From Felis catus (Eukaryota), in NCBI RefSeq assembly GCF_018350175.1, contig NC_058368.1, positions 207,826,001-207,890,000 of the forward strand: a stretch of DNA of 64,000 nucleotides. Direction: 5' to 3'. Below the pieces are notes generated by a model. That model was not told the DNA's origin and made no database searches. It was given only the letters and a program-made list of their open reading frames with translations. The translations under genes were made by a program, and so were the position numbers. The stretch's first letter is position 1; each line of letters opens with the position of its first letter. Positions 50,229 to 62,400 of this stretch are shown one piece after another.

Positions 50229-53200
50229 AGCAAATTAAAAAACAGTTTAATAGAGAAAATAACCGTCTAAAGCAAGCTTATAATCAGGCATTCCGCGGTA
50301 ACTGAAGTGGAGTACAGAACAGGACTACTTGAGCTCCTCAAGAGCATGTTGTATCTAGAAAAGCATGACCAAGTCAGGAGAGGAAGGGGCTCCTTCAGCC
50401 TGGATAAGAAGGGACTCAGAGGGCACCGAGGGGAGAAGACACGAGCAGACCTGGGCAGGAGGAGCCTGGCCCCTGGCCTCCCTTCCCCCTCCAGCCATCT
50501 TTCCCTGCACAGTTGTGCCCTGAGCCATTCACGGAGCACGCGGTTCCCTCTAGACCATCCTCCAGGTCGAAGAGAATTCCCTGCCCACAAGGTCCCAAGC
50601 CTGGTGCCAGGGACCGTCCCCCCCAGCCTGCCCTCTCAAGAACAGCCGGTGACCCTGGTGTGAGCACCCCCAGGTCTGAGAATGGGTGCAGAGAGCGGCT
50701 GTCTGCGGGGCTGTGCCCATGTGTGAGTGCCTGGGCTCCCTTCGGAGACGGCCAGTGTGGAGGTGGGAAGGACAGCCAGGTGGGCGGTGGCTGGGGGCCA
50801 AGCCATCCGGTACGGTCATGTTTGATACGAAAACACGAGCTGAGGAATCTGGGAGTTTCAAGCACAAGCCTGGACTTCCAGGTTGCCATGGAGGCCTTAA
50901 TAGACAAGGCACAATGACAAAATAGATTTTAGTTTACTTTTTTCAAAATACATGTAAAGTATTTTTTAGCTTGACCCCTAACTCCTACATGTAAGTTACT
51001 GTACGTAAATAGTCGTATCTTTCAAATATGGTATGTGCTTTTCCACTTACACCGGTGCCCCGGGCCTTGCAAAACTTAGAGCAAGGCTGGACAGAAGTTA
51101 CAGAGCTACAGCTTCCAACAGTCAGAACCCGCCACCCGCGCCACCGGCTGTCCAGGAGGGAACAGTCTGAGCACCAAGGAGACGGGTGGGGGCGGGGATT
51201 CCCCCACTGGGTAAGACGTTCTGCTGGACTCATGTTAAGATCCCTGCCAGCTGGAGCCCTGCGCCGGCAGCCAGCGTCCCACGGAGGGACAGTGCCAAGC
51301 CAACGTGTCTGGTGGGATCTGTGCGTCTTACCTTCCAGAATAAAGTCACGACACAATGTCCCTGCACTGACTTCACATTCCTCCAGACATCAGGAGCCTC
51401 TGAGGGAGCTGAAATCAACCAAAGAAAAGATCGTGGGTTGCGATATGTACGGAGAACGGTACGTTCACCCTTTTTCTACTCTGGTCAAAGGAGGCGAAGA
51501 TGACCCGTCCTACCTGAGGCTTGTTTCTCATTTTCTCACTCTCTGTGACTTCCACCCACGTGACCACGGCCGCATTGTTCACTCCTCACCCGGTGCACAT
51601 GGTAGGTGCCGCACAAAAGGTCTGCTGCATCAAACTGAAAAGCTCTTATCAAGCCTGAGCTTTTGGAAGCCACCGGAACATTTTGGAACCATCCATCAGC
51701 TAGACCAACTCTAGGAGGTCAGTTAGGTAAATTTCCCATTTGTTGAATTTCTAGGAACAGCAGATCATTGCTACAGCCTTGCTCCCTTCGCAAAGGTTGT
51801 AACGGAAGCGTGCTAATGGACAGCCCGGCGGCTGGTTGTACCCTTCCACACCTTCACAATTCACATTGGCTGGTCTTCTCACCGGGTCCTAGCCTGGGCG
51901 CCTCTCCTCGATCCCCCTCCACTGGGAAGGCCACATCCCCCGCCTCCCCACGCTGCTGTCTCCCCCAGCTCCTGGCCTGCCTGGGTCAGCTGCCCGCCCG
52001 ACAGACACTCAGGGCACCCGTTCACTGCCCTTGCTACATTGTTCTGGAAAAGTGTGCATCCTTGTCTTTACCTCCAATCAACTGTAGGACAAGTGATCTG
52101 ATTCCAAACATCCCCATGGAGGAAGAATTACTTTGGAACATAACACATAAAGAGCCGTTTTATAAAAATAACACATTTAGCCGTTTTATAAAAATATAAT
52201 TTACTGCCCCCGATAACTGAAATTTAAGTCCTTTTTTAGTTGTGGACATTTTCTCCTCAATTTATTATTTTTTTATTTTTTAAAAATTTTTTTCAACATT
52301 TATTTCTTTTTGGGACAGAGAGAGACAGAGCATGAACGGGGGAGGGGCAGAGAGAGAGGGAGACACAGAATCGGAAACAGGCTCCAGGCTCTGAGCCATC
52401 AGCCCAGAGCCCGACGCGGGGCTCGAACTCACGGACCGCAAGATCGTGACCTGGCTGAAGTCGGACACTTAACCGACTGCGCCACCCAGGCGCCCCTCTC
52501 CTCAATTTAAAGATGACCGTGTATTTTCTTAAAAAATGTATTGAAGCAGATTTCAATTTGCTAAATAGCCCACTGAAGAAGCCAATATTAAATCAAAAAC
52601 GTATTGAAACAACATGGGACTCTAAGCTTAATGCAAAGTCTTCAGCTGGTTTATAAATTAGTCCTTGTCAGAACAGTGCCCCACAGCACAGCTGATAGTG
52701 CTCCATATTTGTGTCATATAGTCTCTACCCTGGTGCCATTTAAGTCTGCTCACTACAATTCTACTTACTTAAATATGGTTATAATACACATAGGCATCGA
52801 CTTTTCCAGCATCAAGCAAAGTGTTATCAGAGGGAAAAAAAAAATCTATAGATTCATCACTAGCAAATTCATCTCATTTTCTTGTTCTCATCAAAAGCAA
52901 CATTAATTATTTTAAGGTTTACGGTACTATAACCTAAAAGTATATACAATTTACTAAACACTCTATCCGTTTGCCACTTTCCTTTTGCACTTAATTTTAG
53001 TTATAGTGTTGGAATAAACTTCCAAAAAAAAAAAACCCAAAGCAAGCAGTAACAAAGTAAAAATTCTTTAATAAGACAAAACTGGGGAGTGACATTACTG
53101 TCAGGCACAGGGCTCTCTGCGGCAGATTCTCGAGGGGTCTATGCTCCCAGTGAGGGGAGGGGTGGGTACATCAGACAAGGAGAGGGAGCCTGTCAAGTAC

Positions 53201-53414
53201 AACTGGTGACCAACCCTTGTGTAGGACCCGATCAGCTGTCCCTGTCACCCCTCAGCTCGAGTCACTGCTTTAACGGTCCTCAAGGGGGAGCGCCTGGGTG
53301 GCTCAGTCGGTTAAGCTTCTGACTCTTGGTTTTCGGCTCAGATCATGGTCTCAAGGTTCGTGACATCGAGAGCCCATACAGGGCTCTGCACTGACAATGT
53401 GGAGCCTGCTTGGG

Positions 53415-53456
<42 letters not shown>

Positions 53457-56400
53457 TCTCTCTGTCCCTCTCCCACATGTGCAAGCATGTGCATTTGCTC
53501 TCTCTCTTTCAAAATAAATAAATAATCTTAAAAATAAAATAAAGTGGTCCTCATGGAGAGACACAGAAAGAGCCCTGCCAGCCTATACACCTAAATATAA
53601 GCAAGAATGAAATATATACATATAATCCTTCCTTTGGCAGCCAAAGAACAAGACCTGAATCAACAAGATCTCAAGGCTGTAATAACAACATCAAGAGACA
53701 GAACACATAGAATCCAGCTCTGGTTAAGGGTGGAGCTCTGGAGTCAGGTGGCCTGGGTGTGGGTCACAGTCAACAGGCTGACGGGCTAAGCCAATTAAGT
53801 CACTTAGCTTCTCTGTGCCTCCTGTCCTCATCTAGGAAGTGAGGATAATTACTCATAGTGTCTCCTGCGTGTCGTGAGGAGGAAAAGGGAAAAACACGGC
53901 AACCGCCTCAAGCTGTCTGGAGCTCAATGTTAGCTGCTATTACAATTGTTAATACTGTTATGTCTCTGCCATTCATTAACTTTGCAAACTAGGTGAGTAT
54001 CTCCAATCTATGGGCCCAAACTGCCTCATCTGTAAACTGGTCAACAACAGTAACTTATTATTTTGAATTGGGAGGAGAGGAAAGCAGAGCTCTCCTGAAA
54101 GCAGGGCATCCAGTCTCCTGAGGCCTATGTGAACTGAAAGATAATGGTTATTTGTCAGAAAAACCCACCCACTGTTCCGTCAGTGGTGAGGAACCTCCCA
54201 CCGCAACAGTGATCGAGAACGCTCACAGTTTGCTGTTGTTGAACAAATGATGTATCAATAATTGTTAAGTTTCCAAACACCGTTACATTTCCAAACATAG
54301 CCTGAAGTTGTTTGGTATGAGATCAATGCCTTCGTCGGCAGCAACACTACTGTTTGTCCCCAGTCCTTAATTTAAAAGTCTATCCTAATTTACGGAGCCC
54401 CAGATCCGATGGGAATCCAGCAACGCCAGGAGCTTATAAAGCCGTTCTGGCAAAACCAAAGATGAGAGAGAAAATGTACAAAAGAAATAATGCTGAATGA
54501 CCTAGGTTTGAGGTGAATGTCTTCCCGTTCACATCTCACTAAGCATTTAAGTCAGTTCTTTTTTTAAAAGATGGTATTCAGGGGCGCCTGGGTGGTTCAG
54601 TCCATTAAGCGTCCGACTCCCAATTTTGGCTCAGGTCACAATCCCAGGCTGTGGGATCAAGTCCCAAGGTGGTCTCCTCACTGGGTGTGGAGCCTGCTTA
54701 AGGTTGTCTCTTTCCTCTCCCTCTGCCCACCGCCCCCCCCAACCCGCCCCCAGCTCATGTTCGCAAGTGCTCTCTCTAAAAAACAATAAATGAACAAAAC
54801 AAAACAACCACAAAAAGATGATATTCAGCCTCTGTTGTAATAGTTTTTCCTTAGTTTTTGGTACAACTGAAAGCTCTCGGGGAAACCAACCCATCTCTCG
54901 TGAGTCAGTTTAGATCCTTGGGTTAAAGAGAGGGGAACTGAACATACCAGCTTCAGCCGTGGTAAAGTTGCGACGAGTCCATTCACTCCATTTCCAGAAG
55001 TGGTTGGCGTTAGCACAGCGCACTTGGGCCGCGTACTCTGTGGAAGGCTCCAGTTTCTTCATGAGGTGCTTACCATTCACCTTGACAGAAACATTTTGCT
55101 TCTTCGAAGAAAGGAAGGAAGGGAGGAAGGAAAAGAAGAAAATCAACGAGATGAACTGAAAAAAGGAGACAGGAAGAAAGAAGAAAGAAGACAGGAGGAC
55201 CAGCGAGCATACTTCATGGCCAAGTCCAATCACAGCCTGGTCCATTCTGAGGTGGGGTACGACTACTACTTCTTTGTGAAAAAATCTCAAAGGCCCTCTG
55301 CCCAATGCTAAAGCTTGTGATTAATTTCAGGACTGTTTTTAAACAGATGACCCATATCATCTGAACCCACACAGAAATAAGATTTTAAAGAGGTTTTATT
55401 CATTAGTCTCTCTGTTCAGGACATAAAGAGATTTTTGAAAATAGAAAGTGAAGCAGTATTCTTACTTGTATCACTTTTCCTTCACCATAGAGTTCGATCT
55501 GACACAATAGTGTGGAATAATTCCCAATGGAGTGGACCTTCCAGGTCATGGTGGCATTTGTGGCACTTACATTTTTGACAAATACATTAAAGGGAGCCAT
55601 TGGGTGAACTGCCAAAAAAAAAAAAAAAAAAAAAGGAAACAAAATTAAAAAAAAATTCAAGCATAAATCCAAAGACTTATTTATTTTTGTTTAGTTTTGA
55701 AAAAATGGCAACAAAACCAGACTTAGAGCACAGATGGAGTAAGCCAACTGTAGCCTTTCTCTCTCACCAATTATATTAGAAACTCTGAACAAAACATAAA
55801 AAGAAACTACTGAGGACTCTTAAAATTAAACAAAAGCAGGCAGATTATGAAGGAGAATCAAAACTTGGAGAAGGGGCTCATGGGGAGAATATAACAGAAC
55901 CCAAAATCTAAATAAAATAACGTCAGTAATATCAAAGGTACAATCTAGAATTATTCTACCTACAAAACTCCAGAACATGTCACCAATTTCCAAGAGAAAA
56001 GACAGTCAAAGGATGCCAACCTCACGGTGACCCGTCCATAAGAATGCAATTCGTACGGACTTTAAGACAGATCTGTGACATAAAAGTAAGCACATTTGAA
56101 ATGAATAGAAGAAAGACACTTCTCAGCAGAGAAACAGAAACTATTAAAAAAAAAAAAAAGAATCAAATGGAAATTTTGGGGCCAAAAAATATAATATCTG
56201 AAATGAAAAACTGACTGGATGAGGTTCAGGTCTTGAAAAAATAAAGAAAGCCCCTCCCATCCTGTCTATCCCCCTGAATCCAATTAAATATATCACATGG
56301 AGCATTCTCGAATATTCTATTTGAGAACTCTGATAGTGGCAGGCAGAGAAGACCAGAAATTCAAGTATTGCTGCATTGGTAGTGAGAGGGTAAAGGAAGG

Positions 56401-59400
56401 CTTCTATGTTTTACTTAAAGTGAAAAATACTAACTCTTGTGAAAGATTAATAACATATTTTAATCTCCGGGGGGGGGGGGGAGGAATACAAATATATGTA
56501 GGCAAAAGCCAGTAGATAAATTGAAGTGGAATACTAAAAAAGTATTCAAATAATCCAAAGGTGGCAGGCTGGGAAGAGATACTCAATTTTAGGGAGGTGT
56601 AGATCAAAAACAGAGGGAATAGAAAATAACTAATAAAATGGTAGGCGTGCGTCCAACCCTATTAATAATTATGTTAAATATAAATGGTCCAAACATACCA
56701 ATAAAAACAGAAATTGTCAGATGGGAGAGAAAACAAAAGCCGGCACGGCCCTCGCTTTCAAAGGGCAACAGAGGAGCAAGCACGAATCGACAACTACAAA
56801 ATAAATGTAACATTGCAAGTGGGGTCATGACAGTGAAAGTGTAAAAGGAGTTTTTGGCCAAAAAGATGGAGTTCTAGAAGTCCCTATCCTGAGCCTTCAT
56901 TTTTTATCTCCTTTTCGGTCACTATCCACAGGCTGATGACTCACTCACAAGTCTAACTCTCCATCCCAGACTTGTTCGATGCGCTCCAAACTCTATATCC
57001 AACTGTCTCCTCAACATCTCCCCTGAGATATCTGAAAGACATCTCAATCTTGACTTGGTAAACACGGAACTCTGTGCTCCTGCTCGGAGCTGCTCGTCCC
57101 CAGTACCCCCCCATTTCAGGGGATAGTTCCAATACTGGCCCGATTGCGTAGGCCAAAACCCTTGCAATCATCCTAAGGAACCATCTTAAATTCCTCTTCC
57201 CCTTACCATGCACATGCCTTCCCTAAGTAAGTGCTACCAACTCCATCCCAAAGTGAATTCACAATATGACCGCTTCCCCGCCAACTTCATCACCCCATCT
57301 GGTCCAAAGTCTCTGCCTGACAACCGCAGCGGCCTCCTAACCAGCTCTCCATCTCCACCCCCGCCCCTGATGGTCTAGCCTGAGTGATCTTTTCCCACAG
57401 TGTGAGTCACATCATTTATCTGTCCTGATGAACACCTGTCAACACAACTAGGTAAGACCATCCAGTTCCACGGTTGTCACATGACCAGGACACTGCCTAC
57501 CACCCAAATCTCCTTTATCTCTGGTATGGGCATGAGGACATTCTTTCTGTCTCTCCAACAACCCAGAGTTTGGTCTTATCCCATGACCTTTTCAAATCCT
57601 ATTCTTTTTGCTTCAAATGCTCTTCCCCTAGACGTCTTCTACTTCTTTCTTTCTTCAACTCCCTCATCCTGATACAGGCATTATCTCCCCTAAACCTGAA
57701 TTTTACCTTCTCCATAGCACGTATCAGTACTCGAAGTACGCTATGTTTACTGTATGTCTCCACTCCCCGCTCTCAACCCCTCCTCCTACACACACTAGCA
57801 GACAAGCTCACAAGGGGCAGCTATCCAGTTTTGTTCACTGCCAGGTCCCCAGTGCCTGCCACACTGGAGGCACTCTGTGATTACCCAGCTGACTGAGTGG
57901 TGATGAATCTAAAAGATGTGTAGGAATTAAGAAGGTGAAAGGGGAAGGAAGAACATTCCAGAAAAAGTGAACAACATGTGTAAAGATTCTGCGTTTCATA
58001 AAAGAGAAAACAGGTGGTCAAACATTGTAGATCGAAACTACCATGAAATACCACGGTGTAGCCATTAAACTGACAAAAATGAAGAGGGTGACCGACCATA
58101 CCACCTTGGAAAGACTACATGAATTCAAGGGCAAGGGTATAATTGGTACAGCCACTTTGGAAAGCCATGTGGCACTGTCTCCTACGTGGCACATGCAAAT
58201 TCTCTATGTCCTCACCAATCCCACTCTTAGGTATACACTCAAGGAAAACAACTGGAGATGAGTCCTGCACACATAATGCTCATATTAACACCACACCCAA
58301 GAGCAAAACCTTGATACAACCTGAAAAACCAACAAATGAGATGCCTGGACAAAATACTGTATACTCACACAATGAAATACTTGATAACAGTGAGAATCAA
58401 TAGACTATAACAACACTCAATAATATGGGTCAATATTAGCAATTTAATATCATTTACATAGTAATTACTAAATTACTACATATAGCTTGATGTCTTTTTC
58501 ATACATTAAAACCAAACAAAATAAAAATACAGTCTTTTTAGAATTGCATTAGAAGTGAGAATACGTACTCCCATACAGGCACACACACGTGCAGGATTTA
58601 AATGATCTCAGTGGAGGAACAGGGTGTGGGGGGCTGTGGGGCAGGAGATGAAGTGAGTTACTGTTCGAATTCTAGTCTAAAGGTGAGTAGTAAGCATACA
58701 GGTGCTTACTGCATCTTCAAAACAAATCAGGGGACCAGGGGCCATGCATGCATCCGTGAAGTGTGGCGTCGACAAGAGATATAGATTAAAACGTCCACGG
58801 GGCGCCTGGGTGGTGCAGTCGGTTAAGCGTCCGACTTCAGCCAGGTCATGATCTCGCGGTCCGTGAGTTCGAGCCCCGCGTCAGGCTCTGGGCTGATGGC
58901 TCAGAGCCTGGAGCCTGTTTCCGATTCTGTGTCTCCCTCTCTCTCTGCCCCTCCCCCGTTCATGCTCTGTCTCTCTCTGTCCCAAAAATAAATAAATGTT
59001 GAAAAAAAAAATTTTTAAAACGTCCACGTAGGATGTGACTTAGGCTAACACCTACAGCACATTTCCTTGATCACACAGTGTGTCACACAACAACAAGTCA
59101 GTAACCACAGCAAGCTCCGACACCGGTCTCACCTCGATGAGTCAAGTTGAAAAGAAGATGAACACTTCTCTTTCTTAAGTAGTTTTCAGCTGTGAGTGTG
59201 AAGTTGTACATTTCTTGGGAGTCTGGAGATACTTGCCAGTTACACCAGCTTTTGTATTTACAAAGTGTCTTTTTCCCAGAAAACCTTAAAAGAAAAACAC
59301 ACCCAAAACAATAATTTCAGGGTTTCCACTTCTGTCAACGCAGATCTGCAACCCTGTACCCTTGGGGCACACTTGGTGGCTTTCAAACTGTGTTGCACAC

Positions 59401-62400
59401 AATGGCACTGATCCACTTGCATCAACAAATACCACCAAGGAAGATGTTGTTTCAACAACTTCCATTTATGTGGTTAAAGGTTTATTCGGTTTATGTAGCG
59501 ATGAATTTCTGACTGTCCACCCCAACATGGGTGGTGAGAATACTCCTCAATTTATTTTGAATATTCTTAAACAGGTAGAAATTAGATATACCCAGATCAC
59601 CAGATGGAACAATTTACACCTCAAGATTCATCATTAACTGTTTTTATCATTTTTATGCTACGTTTTCCTTTCACAGAACTCAGGTGAAAAGCATTAAAGA
59701 CTTCCTTCTGACTCTGGTAGGGTGGTTGTAAACTATTTCTTCACATTGTCTGTAACATCTAAATGTGACCCTTATTGTTGGCACAAGAAGGGACCTGTCA
59801 AGAACGTAATCAGAGCCGACTTACGATTCAAACAAAGTGTAGCTTTGGGAAAGCTGTGTGAGCAAGCCAGCGTCGCTCCCGGGAGCCCAAGTACAGTTCA
59901 AAGTCTTCAAGTCCCGGGTTTCACAAGAAAAATCCTTGGGCTCTTCAAATACTTCTGGCCACACAAAGAAAACAGATGAAAGATCTAGTCAAATCCCTTT
60001 ATTGAAAGACAAGGAAAACAGGAAAAGCTCCTTTTGGGTCTGAGGCCACAGGGCTGAATGACAGAAGGATCACACTGGCAGCTCCAGAAGGTCACGTGTC
60101 AGGTGCCCCATCTTGGCCCCTTCCCTTCCTCTCCTTGTTCTTTTCTGAGGCATCACCGGGACGGGGACCGGTGGTAGTTCTGCGGTGAGCTGCACTGTGT
60201 CCATGTGATGGAAGTTGGACCCCCAGTGCCTGCTAGTAGGCGCTCAACAAGTCGCCAAGTGTCAGAGTGAGTGAGCGAAAGAAAGAAAGAATGAATGAAT
60301 GGAGTCAGTGTTGCCTGCTGCCTCACTGTGGCAGCTGGGGCTTGCAGACAGCCTCAGGGCTATTATGCTTGGGATGCCCTGAAGTCAGATTTGGGGAGCC
60401 ATTAAACTCAGCAGCAGGGAGTGGGAGTTCTTAGGACCCGGGCAGCACCTCCAAGCCCCCGGAGTCATGAGGCTCTCAGAGGCTGTTCCAAGGGGAACAG
60501 CTGCACCAGGTGTCTGGGAGCCTGGAGTCTGCCCCTGGCAGCAGAAGCAGGGACCCAGCAGTCGCAGATATTGGCCTACCTAGCGAGCAGGGGAAGGGAG
60601 GCCTCCACACAAAACACAGGAGGCCAGCGGGCATGCATGTTCGCACAGACCTACATAAACAATAAAACGTTCCCTCTCCACTGGCTGCCACCGACGGAGG
60701 CACCTGACACTTTCTGCACCCACCTCAGAACAGGGATGGCCTCCATTTGCCGAATTCCTACTATGTGCAGCTACAGTGTCGGGGCCAGGCCCCGTCCGTG
60801 TTCATTCACCCTCAAACAACCATTACTGGGCCCATTCACAGAGGAGGAAACTGGCTCAGAGAAGCTAGGAAACTTAGCCAACGTGACACGCCCAGGTGTG
60901 GGAAGATTAAAGCCAGGTCTCCTGGGCACAGCACTGGCTGCCTCTCCGGAGTCATCTGACCTGCCATCTCTCTCCCCACTGTCCGACTGCAGCACGGCTA
61001 AGGCGAGGCAGGGCCCTTCCCAGTGGCCCCGGCCATGGCCTCAACTTTCCCCCCTTTAATACTCTTGGTTTCTAGGAAGAAAATGGTTCATAAGGGCAAG
61101 AAAACAACAGGAAATCCTGCAAGTACTGCTTCAGAGGATCTTTGCCAGAGTCTCTCCTAAAAGATTCGGGAGACAAAAGAACATCCAGACCACGAGTGGA
61201 AATGCTTACTTGTCTTCTGGTAAAGGACATTCTAGCTACTCCATAGAAATGGGAAGAGAGAGCAGAGAGAACGTACATACTTACTGGATACAAAGAGAAC
61301 GATGCCTTTTATAACGTCTCCTTGGTCTGCCTTACAATAGATATTTGTCCCAGTTTCTCTAATGAAAGGAACGTTCTTCAAGTGGAACACACAGACGTTT
61401 GGATCAAGTTGTTCTCCATGCATCCGTACGCCTTCCAAATAACAGGATATGTTGTTTTGATGGCTCCTAGAAACGTAACAAATGGTGACATTGGAGCCTT
61501 CTTCCACCAGCTTATCCTTAGGGAAAACGAACAATGGATCGTGTCCAAGAGAACTCTGTACTACAAGACAAAAAAAAGACAGCTCAGTTAGAACATCACT
61601 CAAGTCAAACCAGCCCCTCTGTTCTCCCTTCTCAACAGATAAATTTACCTCCTCTACCTCCTCGAGAAATAGGAGCCTAAATTTCTAGGCAAACCATTAA
61701 ACTTGGGAGCCTGCAGAAACAATCCTTCCCAAGATGGCTCCTGTGGTCACACAAAAGCTGCTGCTGGACAAAGACAGCACGTCCTGTCACACTGGGATTA
61801 CTGGGTCACGGCTAGAATGTGGCTAGGACAGCGGTAGCTGCCCTCTACGGACCGCAGCCACGAGGGAGGATCTGCATCCAGTGGGCTGCACATGATCTCA
61901 TGCCATCCTTCCCCCCTCTCGTCACCGCCACAGCTAGGTCTGAGCCCAAGCTCAGCAAATGTGGCAAAGCCACATTCACACCTGCCAGGTCTGCCCATCT
62001 CCCCGGCCATGTGCCCCTCTTCATCTCTTCTCACCTTCTCAGAAATGCCAGTCACTCAAATATCTCCTGTTCCATTGTGTCCCCTTCTGTATGACCACCG
62101 GTGTATAAAACTCCTCAGGTGTCCCGCATTGTAAGCCAACTCGCCATCCTCCCCATGCTTCCCTCCAGCCCACTCTGGACCTGCTCCTCCACGGTCAGCC
62201 TCCCTGAAGGAGCTGCCCCTTTCTAAGCACTCGGCCCCATTGCTCCTGCTCACTCGGCCCACTGCCGTCACTGAAAACTGCCACCAGCAACGTCACCCAC
62301 ACCGTGTAGCCCGGGCATAGGAGCGCTCTTAAAGGTCCTCAGGTGATTCTAATGTGTAACCATGGTTGAGAACCAGCGTTTGCGGGTTAGGAACCATCAG

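Noticed and set aside
50267..50925. Cluster of overlapping ORFs on both strands
   Set aside because: Stop-codon scarcity in locally GC-rich intronic DNA
51028..51714. 228-aa + strand ORF
   Set aside because: Non-ATG-dependent context in a GC-rich OSMR intron, antisense to an exon, no recognisable domain; likely chance
60421..61059. 212-aa + strand ORF
   Set aside because: GTG start, GC-rich intron, runs through a MIR; no homology recognised
51749..61078. STAT GAS-like TTCTAGGAA (51749, 61070) and AP-1 TGAGTCA (54901) motifs in OSMR introns
   Set aside because: Isolated short motifs at roughly chance frequency, with no clustering
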